Of a DNA stretch of 64,000 nt, positions 35,263-42,994 are shown in pieces; position 1 is the stretch's first letter, and each line of letters starts with the position of its first letter. Position numbers and translations under genes: made by a program. The notes under the pieces are model-generated. The model did no database searches and was not told the DNA's origin. It was given only the letters and a program-made list of their open reading frames with translations. The DNA is taken from NCBI GenBank assembly GCA_042569365.1, contig JBHPHK010000002.1, positions 10,494 to 74,493 of the forward strand. The letters are read 5' to 3'. This stretch comes from Patescibacteria group bacterium (lineage in GTDB: Bacteria; Patescibacteriota; JAUYIX01; JBHPHK01).

Positions 35263-35664
35263 CTATTTCTTAGCAGGTTTCCAGTCTCTTTTCAGAAGCC
35301 AGATGATCAGGAATAGCAATCCTGGCAGGGCAACTAACGCAAAATACGGTCCGCGTGGCAACATTCCCCGAAGGATAAACATATAGACGTAGAATATTAC
35401 AAAGCTGCCGAGAGTTATGATGGATCCCAAGAACTCTTTCTTCCAAACAAAGATGAGTCCCACGATAATTCCGATTGGGAAGAATAACATGCCGATCCAT
35501 TCAGATACTGTAGGCCATGTTGCAACGCCTACACTGATGGCGTTCCAAACTTCACCGACCAGCATCACTGCTAGGAAGAGCAAACTGGCAACTGTCCAGA
35601 TGCGTGCGATCCAGCGCAATACTGTTACGATGATATTTTTTTCATTTAATTTTTTTGTATTCAT
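35263..35664 (-). CDS. Small 4-TM membrane protein (paralog of 36433-36819)
   Basis: WIARI, P.G...GL...W..E..G and ALPGLLFLI. Confidence 0.75.
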   Translation of the reverse strand: MNTKKLNEKNIIVTVLRWIARIWTVASLLFLAVMLVGEVWNAISVGVATWPTVSEWIGMLFFPIGIIVGLIFVWKKEFLGSIITLGSFVIFYVYMFILRGMLPRGPYFALVALPGLLFLIIWLLKRDWKPAKK

Positions 35665-35680
35665 TGTATAAATTATTAAC

Positions 35681-35774
35681 TGGCGGAGAGGGAGGGATTC
35701 GAACCCTCGAAGCGCTAATAAAAACGCTTAACGGCTTAGCAAGCCGCCGCTTTCAACCGCTCAGCCACCTCTCC
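35681..35774 (-). tRNA. tRNA-Ser (GCT)
   Basis: GGAGAGG...CCTCTCC-G-CCA. Anticodon arm GCGGC-TTGCTAA-GCCGT. Long variable arm. Confidence 0.96.
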
Positions 35775-35828
35775 AGTCAGGGTTGATAAATGCTTCCTGC
35801 GCAGTATAGCGTATATTTTTAACAAAGT

Positions 35829-36446
35829 CTAATCCCGTTTTCTTGTTTCAAATTCGAGGTAATTGTCCTGGATTACTCCTGAGTCAACCAACGCTTGATA
35901 CTGTGCCGGATCTTTTTCATAAAGATAACGCACTAGTTTTCCTGGGACTTTTGCAATTGTCAGGCCATTCTCAGCTGCAAAATTCATGATACGCGTCACA
36001 GCATCTTCGATTTCTTCCTCGGTCTTAACATTGAGCTCGATCTCACCGACGTAATAATTCCATTCACCGAAATCGACATGATCAATATCGATCTTGAATC
36101 CTTGCATGTTGTATTTTTGCCTGACAGTATGATAGGTGACAAAGGGCATATACTCTTTTGCAGTCAAGCCCTCTTCAATAGTAAGCTCAGGATCTAAATC
36201 AAGATAGGCGCGAACAGTATCTTCATCGACCAGCTCGTCATAACGGTCAATTAAGTTATGGGCGATCGGTTTCTTGATCTCAAACTGGCCGTTGCGTTTG
36301 CGAACCCAGATATTTTTTGTGGTGAGAGAATACCGAGCATCATCATAGTAAGTATCCTCCATCTTAATTTCGCGTAAAAAATTTGCCTTCTTGAGGAAGG
36401 CTGGATGCGGATCTGTAATTTCAAATTTACGTTCAACTTCGATCAT
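35829..36446 (-). CDS. CYTH-domain triphosphate tunnel metalloenzyme (thiamine-triphosphatase-like)
   Basis: IEVERKF, DTYYD, WVRKR..FEIK, IDID.VDFG..VGEIE and PGKLVRYL. Confidence 0.88.
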   Translation of the reverse strand: MIEVERKFEITDPHPAFLKKANFLREIKMEDTYYDDARYSLTTKNIWVRKRNGQFEIKKPIAHNLIDRYDELVDEDTVRAYLDLDPELTIEEGLTAKEYMPFVTYHTVRQKYNMQGFKIDIDHVDFGEWNYYVGEIELNVKTEEEIEDAVTRIMNFAAENGLTIAKVPGKLVRYLYEKDPAQYQALVDSGVIQDNYLEFETRKRD

Positions 36447-36819
36447 CTTTTGAACAATTTCGGAAATAAGATATTAGATACAAAATGCCAGGAATTGCCA
36501 GGATCAAAACAACAACTAGAATCGACTGATCAATCTCGCCTGCGCGAATTGCAAAAATGCTGATGTAAAAAGCAAGAGCGCTGATGATGACAGTCAGTCC
36601 TCCCGCGAATTCCCAAGCCCAAGCAATGATAAGGCCGGCTAAGAGTCCGATTGGCATGAAAATCATTGGAATAAATTCAACTGCTGTGACCGTGCCTTCG
36701 GCATGCGGGAAAAATATCTCAGCGCCAAACCAAAAGACCATAACTGCAATATAAACCAGACCAACAATGCGTGCGGTCCAAAACCAAGCCGGGGATTTAT
36801 GTGTTTTAGATTTGTCCAT
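36433..36819 (-). CDS. Small 4-TM membrane protein (paralog of 35263-35664)
   Basis: WTARI, PIGLLAGLIIAWAWEFAGG and AIPGILYLI. This is the only TGA-terminated gene in the window. Confidence 0.75.
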   Translation of the reverse strand: MDKSKTHKSPAWFWTARIVGLVYIAVMVFWFGAEIFFPHAEGTVTAVEFIPMIFMPIGLLAGLIIAWAWEFAGGLTVIISALAFYISIFAIRAGEIDQSILVVVLILAIPGILYLISYFRNCSKDDRS

Positions 36820-36897
36820 AAGGTTATATTAATATATAATAATCATATTCGCAATTACCAGACTAGCCAAGGTAATTCACGCACTAAACACATTTTT

Positions 36898-37815
36898 ATG
36901 AAAATAATAGTTACTGGAGGAGCAGGCTTCATAGGTAGTCACATTGTCGATGCCTTGATCAAAAAAGGTCATAAGGTTGTGGTGCTGGATGATCTTAGTA
37001 CGGGCAAGAAAGAGTATGTAAATAAGAAGGCAAAATTTTACAAAATCAGCGTTACAGGAAATATCAATAAACTTTTCTTGAAAGAGAAGCCAAATCTTGT
37101 AATTCATGCGGCTGGTCAAGTGATGCTCAGGAAATCAATTGAAGATCCGGCAGATGATGCAAAACGAAATATCATCGGAACAATCAACGTGCTGGAAGGA
37201 TGCCGAGTAAGCGGAGTCAAGAAGATTATTTATCTTTCAACCGGAGGAGCGCGCGTAGGAGAGCCGGAATATCTTCCTGTCGATGAGCTACATCCACTTA
37301 ATCCTTGTTCGCCATACGGAATCTCCAAACACACAGCCGAGCACTACATTCATATGTACAGTTTGGTCTATGGTTTGAAGTATCTTATTTTTGGCTTCGG
37401 AAATGTCTATGGCCCGCGGGATGACTGGCGCACTAATCGCGTGACGACACTATTTGCATATTTGATGTTGCAAGGAAAGACTCCAACTATTTACGGAGAC
37501 GGAGATCAGACACGAGACTTTATTTATGTTCAGGATCTGGTGGACTTTGTTGTGCGTAGTATAAATAAGAATCCAAAACATAAACTTTTTCATATAGCCA
37601 ACGGAAAACAGGTGAGCGTAAATCAAATATATTCAGAGCTACAGAAGCTAACTAACTTTACAGGTCTCCCTCAGCATAAGAAGGCGATCAAGGGCGAGGT
37701 ACGCGATATCAAGCTTGATACACGTCTTGCGCGCCGTGAGCTTGGCTGGAAGCCGAAATATACTTTGAAGCAGGGCTTGGCCGAGACAGTTGAATGGTTT
37801 AAGAGTCAGACTTAA
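36898..37815 (+). CDS. NAD-dependent nucleotide-sugar epimerase/dehydratase (UDP-glucose 4-epimerase-like SDR)
   Basis: Start MKIIVTGGAGFIGSH at 36898. Motifs YGISK, NVYGPR and GDGDQTRDFIYV. Confidence 0.94.
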   Translation: MKIIVTGGAGFIGSHIVDALIKKGHKVVVLDDLSTGKKEYVNKKAKFYKISVTGNINKLFLKEKPNLVIHAAGQVMLRKSIEDPADDAKRNIIGTINVLEGCRVSGVKKIIYLSTGGARVGEPEYLPVDELHPLNPCSPYGISKHTAEHYIHMYSLVYGLKYLIFGFGNVYGPRDDWRTNRVTTLFAYLMLQGKTPTIYGDGDQTRDFIYVQDLVDFVVRSINKNPKHKLFHIANGKQVSVNQIYSELQKLTNFTGLPQHKKAIKGEVRDIKLDTRLARRELGWKPKYTLKQGLAETVEWFKSQT

Positions 37816-37827
37816 TCATTTTTTAGC

Positions 37828-38469
37828 ATGGCGAATATTCAGTATTTTGCTAAATCTTTTGAGGATGACTTTGTACTCAAGACTTTGAAGGGCAAGAAGA
37901 AGATTAACTTCCAGTCCGTTGAGAATATTTTAAAAACTAAAACAATTAAACTAAATACTAAAAGCTTTGGACGAGAAAGGCGGCTGGCCTGTTCCTTTTT
38001 ACATAAAAATTATCTGAAAACGTATCGTTCTCAAGGATTGATATTTACAACCAAACAAAAGCCAGACCATATTTATCCGTTTGACCTTGTGCTTTTATCC
38101 AATGCAGATAAAATAATTGTCCAGTATTACCGCATCAAGAAAAATCTGCATATCTATTACAATCATGAGCTGATCCCGGGGTTTGATAAGTTTGTTTTTA
38201 AAAACATCGATGCGCTGTTGAAGAAATTTCCTTCTTTAGATAAAGTGTGGAAAGAAGTAAACAAATTCAGGACAACGAAGGGGTACAAGGAACTGCCGAA
38301 GCAAAAATATAAACTCATCGAGTATAATGAGGTTATTTTTCATAAATCTGTGAAGATCGAGCCGGTGGCCATTTTCGGGTATCGAAAGATTGCGCGGGAG
38401 GTTGCCAAGAAGCATGTTCTTCCGCATTTTACTTCAGCGAAGATTTTTTATCAGTCTTTAAGTAAATAA
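37828..38469 (+). CDS. Lys-rich hypothetical protein
   Basis: 213-aa ORF 12 nt after the epimerase. AT-rich, with no recognised family. Confidence 0.7.
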   Translation: MANIQYFAKSFEDDFVLKTLKGKKKINFQSVENILKTKTIKLNTKSFGRERRLACSFLHKNYLKTYRSQGLIFTTKQKPDHIYPFDLVLLSNADKIIVQYYRIKKNLHIYYNHELIPGFDKFVFKNIDALLKKFPSLDKVWKEVNKFRTTKGYKELPKQKYKLIEYNEVIFHKSVKIEPVAIFGYRKIAREVAKKHVLPHFTSAKIFYQSLSK

Positions 38470-38470
38470 G

Positions 38471-38490
38471 AAAAATGCCCAGTGGGCATT
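38471..38490 (-). terminator. Intrinsic terminator after tRNA-Ser(TGA)
   Basis: AATGCCC/GGGCATT stem immediately 3' of CCA, with a T-run on the minus strand. Confidence 0.6.
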
Positions 38491-38491
38491 A

Positions 38492-38581
38492 TGGCGGAGG
38501 GGGTGGGATTCGAACCCACGAGACCCTTGCGGGCCTACTGGTTTTCAAGACCAGCGCCTTCGACCGCTCGGCCACCCCTCC
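38492..38581 (-). tRNA. tRNA-Ser (TGA)
   Basis: GGAGGGG...CCCCTCC-G-CCA. Anticodon arm CTGGT-CTTGAAA-ACCAG. Long variable arm. Confidence 0.96.
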
Positions 38582-38620
38582 ATGTTGAAATATCCATCTG
38601 AGTGTACATTATTTTAGCTT

Positions 38621-39319
38621 CTAAGTCAATCTGCCGCGCGCAAGAGACAGGCCGTAGATATTTTTGGCGCCGTTATTATGAAGTAGATTAGCGGCATAAG
38701 AAAGTGTAGCACCGCTAGTTAAGACATCATCGACTAGCAGGATATTTTTGTTGGTTACCTTTCGGGCAACAGAAAGAGCCCCCTTTAGGTTGGTAAGGCG
38801 TTCAGATTTTTTAAGATTCTGCTGAGGTTTGGTATTGCGTGTGCGCAGCAGAATATCTTCAGCAAGATCTGCACAAAGGAGGTGCGCTAAAGGTTTAGCA
38901 ATAAGACTTGCCTGATTATAGCCGCGCTCTCGCAATCTTTGAGGAGAGAGCGGAATCGGAATGACCGTATCGACAAAGATTTTCTGTTCATGCAAGAGCT
39001 GGGCAAGATCATTAGAAAACAAAGAAGCAAGCTCGACCACGCCTTCATGTTTGAGCGCGTTGCAGAGTTTCCGGACAAAAGGATGGCTGTAGTCTAGCAG
39101 CGAATAAGCAGAATCCAGTCTAGTTTGTTTGCGGCAATGCGGGCAAGTTTGACCTCCAGTGTTTTTGAGGCAAGTAGGACAACGCTGAATATTTAGGCGC
39201 GGCAGTGCTTTCAGGCAAGCCTGACAAAGGCTCCGGCCTTCAATGCCACAGGCCAAACATTCCTTTGGAAAAATAAAATCCAAACAATAATGTTCCAAGA
39301 TTGTTTTCATGCTCACCAT
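38621..39319 (-). CDS. comF: ComF family competence protein (double zinc ribbon + PRTase)
   Basis: Four CxxC pairs, IPIPLS..R.RERGYNQA, and LLVDDVLTSGAT. Confidence 0.94.
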   Translation of the reverse strand: MVSMKTILEHYCLDFIFPKECLACGIEGRSLCQACLKALPRLNIQRCPTCLKNTGGQTCPHCRKQTRLDSAYSLLDYSHPFVRKLCNALKHEGVVELASLFSNDLAQLLHEQKIFVDTVIPIPLSPQRLRERGYNQASLIAKPLAHLLCADLAEDILLRTRNTKPQQNLKKSERLTNLKGALSVARKVTNKNILLVDDVLTSGATLSYAANLLHNNGAKNIYGLSLARGRLT

Positions 39320-39426
39320 ACAGTAATAATATGAAAACGCGCATTAAATAAATATAAAAAAGTCCTTAAAATATTTTAATCTCTATTCCACCTGTAAGAT
39401 CCGGTAAAATATACTAAGATAACTAT

Positions 39427-39903
39427 ATGGATGACACACATGCAGCAGAAAATTCTTTTGAAAAAGCTTGGAAATATGCCGAGCGCTTTTTGACGCAGCA
39501 ACCGCGGACCAGCGGGCAGGTGCGGCGCAAGCTTAGTCAGCGTAGTTATAACGAAGAGATAATCGAGCAGGTGGTCGCAGAGCTAAAAGACTCTGGCTTC
39601 CTGGACGACCGCAAATATGCGGAGGATTACATTAATAACTCTGTATTCTATAGGCCGATGGGCCGGATCATGCTCAAACAAAAATTGGCCCAGCGCTTGC
39701 TTCATCCGGATGTCATTGAAAGTACAATGCAGGAATTTTTTACGGAAGATCAGGAACGCAAAGCTTTGCTCACAGCGTTTGAAAAGAAAGACGCGTTACT
39801 CAAAAACGAAAAAGACCCAAAAAAGAAAAAAGAAAAACTCGGCCGCTATCTGGCGAGCCGAGGGTTTCCTGCGGGTCTAATTTTAGAAATAATCAATAAT
39901 TAG
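39427..39903 (+). CDS. recX: RecA regulator RecX
   Basis: PRT..QVRRKL, GFLDDRKYA, G...LKQKL and RYLASRGF. Confidence 0.9.
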   Translation: MDDTHAAENSFEKAWKYAERFLTQQPRTSGQVRRKLSQRSYNEEIIEQVVAELKDSGFLDDRKYAEDYINNSVFYRPMGRIMLKQKLAQRLLHPDVIESTMQEFFTEDQERKALLTAFEKKDALLKNEKDPKKKKEKLGRYLASRGFPAGLILEIINN

Positions 39904-40811
39904 TTTCCCATCTCTCGGAGGCGCTTGATGCGCTCTTCAATCGGTGGATGAGTACTAAACAGGCGGAAAGTCTTCTCGCCTTTTTTACCTTTGGCGCCGG
40001 CTAGGTACAAGTGCATCGTGGCACTGTTTGTGCGGCGCATCGGCTCGGGGTATGCGGAGATTTTCTCGAGAGCACCAGCGAGCCCTTCAGGATAACGTGT
40101 CAACAGAGCGCCTGAGGCATCAGCCATGTATTCTCGCTTTCGAGAAACTGCAAACTTTATCAGCTGCGCAATGAGAGGTGCGAGGATCGCTAGTACTAAA
40201 CCAATAATAACCAAAATTGCTCCGGCATTGCCATGATTACTGTTACTACTACGACGACCTAAAAAATTGGCGCGTAGTATAAAATGTGACATATACGCGA
40301 TCAGTCCGACCAGGACTACCACGATCGTGCCAAACAAAATATCATAGTTTCCGACGTGGGAAAGTTCATGGGCGATCACGCCTTCGAGCTCGGCTTTCTC
40401 AAGTTTTTCAATCAAACCAGTCGTTAAAGCAATGCTGCCATGCTCCGGGTTGCGGCCAGTAGCAAAGGCATTAGGAGACGGATCATCGATAATGTAAACT
40501 TTTGGCTTAGGCAGACCCGCTGTGATCGACAGATTCTCGACCATGTTATGAATTTTCTTAGCCTGCAGACTATCTTCCTCAGCCAACGGTTTGGCGCCAT
40601 TTAAAGCTAGTGCAATCTTGTCACTCGAAAAATAACTAACTAGAGCACTTGGTACAACAAACAACACTGCCAAGGTTGGAGCTACGATCTGCCACTCAGG
40701 ATAAATCCAGCCAAACAATGCGCCGATCGCAATGATCAAGACAACGAAAAAGCCAATCAAAAAGAAAGACTTCCATTTATTTTTACCAATATGGGTATAG
40801 GTCGTTGCCAT
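39900..40811 (-). CDS. htpX: M48 zinc metalloprotease HtpX
   Basis: PNAFATGR, GVIAHELSH, SRKREYMADA and FSTHPPIEERI. Confidence 0.95.
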   Translation of the reverse strand: MATTYTHIGKNKWKSFFLIGFFVVLIIAIGALFGWIYPEWQIVAPTLAVLFVVPSALVSYFSSDKIALALNGAKPLAEEDSLQAKKIHNMVENLSITAGLPKPKVYIIDDPSPNAFATGRNPEHGSIALTTGLIEKLEKAELEGVIAHELSHVGNYDILFGTIVVVLVGLIAYMSHFILRANFLGRRSSNSNHGNAGAILVIIGLVLAILAPLIAQLIKFAVSRKREYMADASGALLTRYPEGLAGALEKISAYPEPMRRTNSATMHLYLAGAKGKKGEKTFRLFSTHPPIEERIKRLREMGN

Positions 40812-40878
40812 AAAAAGAAATATCTAAACAGGCCGGGAGCAATCCATAAGGACTACCGAACCGGCCTGTAATTAGAAA

Positions 40879-41439
40879 TTAAAACTGAACTTTCGGTGCT
40901 TCTTTCTCAGCTTCATCATCAAGTTCGAAGAAATCAGATTTCTTGAAGCGGAACATACCAGCCACAATGTTGGAAGGGAAGACCTCCTGTTTTGTGTTGA
41001 AGTCCCGAACGTTGCCGTTGTAGAAGCGGCGGGATGCTGAAATCTTGTTTTCCGTGTCAGACAATTCTTCCTGAAGTTCCAAGAAGTTTGTGTTTGCCTT
41101 AAGTTCCGGGTAATTTTCCGCAACCGCGAACAAAGACTTCAAGGTATTGGTCAGCATATTTTCTGCTTTACCAGCTTTCTCCGGACTGACCTCTTGCGCC
41201 TTGATCGCGTTAGCGCGCGCTTCAGTTACTTCACGGAAAACTTTGTCCTCATGCTTTGCGTAACCTTTGACTGTTTCAATCAGGTTAGGAATCAAATCAT
41301 GGCGGCGTTTGAGCTGCACATCAATGTCAGACCAAGCCTCCTTAACTCGATTTCTCAAGGTTACCAGGCCATTATAGACAGCAATCAGCCAAATGACGAT
41401 AATCGCGACTACAATAACTATAATCCAAAGAATAATCAT
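40879..41439 (-). CDS. lemA: LemA family protein
   Basis: YNGLV, WSDIDVQLKRRHDLIPNL, AENYPELKAN and SRRFYN. Confidence 0.96.
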   Translation of the reverse strand: MIILWIIVIVVAIIVIWLIAVYNGLVTLRNRVKEAWSDIDVQLKRRHDLIPNLIETVKGYAKHEDKVFREVTEARANAIKAQEVSPEKAGKAENMLTNTLKSLFAVAENYPELKANTNFLELQEELSDTENKISASRRFYNGNVRDFNTKQEVFPSNIVAGMFRFKKSDFFELDDEAEKEAPKVQF

Positions 41440-41704
41440 ATTGTTTAGTTAATTAGGGATAATCTAATTCTAGGCAAAAACGAGGAAAATTACCAGTTTT
41501 GGCGCCATTTTATACACAATATCACCTTGAAATTAGGGCCTATTTATCATATAATTAAATCACATAAAGCTCGTAATTTGAGACATTAATGGGCAATAAA
41601 GCAGTATATTTACTGCATGGCTTTCAAAAGAGGCAATAGCACTCTAAAAAAGGTCAATTTTTGTATGTTCTTGCCTTATATTTGGCTAAGTAGAGCTATA
41701 TTCA

Positions 41705-42994
41705 ATGAATAATACTACCAAAAAATGGCTACAATGGGTTAAGGATCCCCTTACTATACTAGGAATAATACTTGTCGGAGCAATACTTGCTGGGGCTGTT
41801 ATTTTATTTCAGCAAAAAGGGCCTGCAAGTGCCCAATTCGGCATCGGGATAGAGATTGAGGATCCTAAATTTGGTGCAGAGCCGGATCCGGACCCTGAAG
41901 TTGAAGACGCTCCAGCGACAGTTCACGGCCGAATCTACTTTGATAATGTGCCATACGGCATTTATAGCGTCTCTGGAGATACTCCAGATGAACCTATTAA
42001 TGGGGTAGAAGTACAATTATTAGACGCAGGCAGCAATGTTTTAGTAACAGATACGACAGAAAATGGTGGGACCTTCGAATTTACAACAGCAACACTATCA
42101 GAGGCGACAGTATTCCAGATAGATATTCTCACAGAGCTAGAGGACTCTGGATATTACAAAAGCGCGGGACCAGATGTGCCGATGCAAATAATACTGAATC
42201 CAGGACAAGATTTAAATAGTGAAAGTCTTGTCTACTTCGGGTACACGCTCGTGCCACCCGGATTTTTCCAGACTCGTCGGGGAGACGTGCACAGCAATGG
42301 TTTGGATGAAAATGGATTGTTCGATCCAGATAGTTATGGTATCGCCAATCATTATCCTGGTCTGAATTGTATTCAGTCAATCGACACGGATGGAGACGGC
42401 AACCCGGACATGATCAACATTGATTCGGCTGACGAAGCTTGTTCAGCAGAATTTCTTGTGACCACCCAAAATAATATTTTCAACTTTTTCACGCGCAGCG
42501 AGACAGAAAGAGTAGGGGAGGATTGGCTCTGGGGAGATGACATTCGAGCAGGTAATCCATTTGAAGACTCTTACTATGATCTTGGTACTCCATTTGTTGA
42601 TATGAGCTTGGCGCTGGGCGCTCCAACTAAAAGTGATATCGATAACATCAAGAAAAGTGTTGCCGAAAATTGCCTTATTAATGTGGATTCACTAGGAGAG
42701 ATCAATTTCAATGACACGCCGTATGCTGACTGCGATTTCATATATCGCAACGGAGATCTTGAACTCACCGGTACCCCAACAAAAATAACTGGTCGTGGCA
42801 CATTGATCGTGTCAGAAAACCTTACGGTCGGTGGTAATATCGAATATGACCGTCAAAACTATTTCACAATCGAAAGCATGGACTCATTTGGACTGATCAT
42901 CGAGGGTAATCTGATCATCAAGCCTAATGTTGACCGCATCGTGGGAGCATTCTTTGTTGGCTCTGAAATATTTACAAACAATAACGCAGAATAA
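41705..42994 (+). CDS. Secreted protein: SdrD-B-like domain + N-terminal part of a beta-solenoid (PilX/tip-type) domain
   Basis: Signal peptide ending ASA. G.IYFD...EPINGVEVQLLD...G.FEF domain. FQTRRGDVHSNG followed by GxxxVxxNLxI-type beta-helix rungs. Confidence 0.75.
   Translation: MNNTTKKWLQWVKDPLTILGIILVGAILAGAVILFQQKGPASAQFGIGIEIEDPKFGAEPDPDPEVEDAPATVHGRIYFDNVPYGIYSVSGDTPDEPINGVEVQLLDAGSNVLVTDTTENGGTFEFTTATLSEATVFQIDILTELEDSGYYKSAGPDVPMQIILNPGQDLNSESLVYFGYTLVPPGFFQTRRGDVHSNGLDENGLFDPDSYGIANHYPGLNCIQSIDTDGDGNPDMINIDSADEACSAEFLVTTQNNIFNFFTRSETERVGEDWLWGDDIRAGNPFEDSYYDLGTPFVDMSLALGAPTKSDIDNIKKSVAENCLINVDSLGEINFNDTPYADCDFIYRNGDLELTGTPTKITGRGTLIVSENLTVGGNIEYDRQNYFTIESMDSFGLIIEGNLIIKPNVDRIVGAFFVGSEIFTNNNAE

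Noticed and set aside
36703-36897. Longer ORF-track starts (epimerase 36703; similarly pilM 50264, 21644, 28347, ligA 61301, SRAP 2537)
   Set aside because: The extensions overlap neighbouring genes or promoters and precede the family-typical N-termini, so downstream ATGs were chosen.
34508-38581. tRNA-anchored prophage or genomic island
   Set aside because: No integrase, phage genes or duplicated tRNA 3' ends were found.
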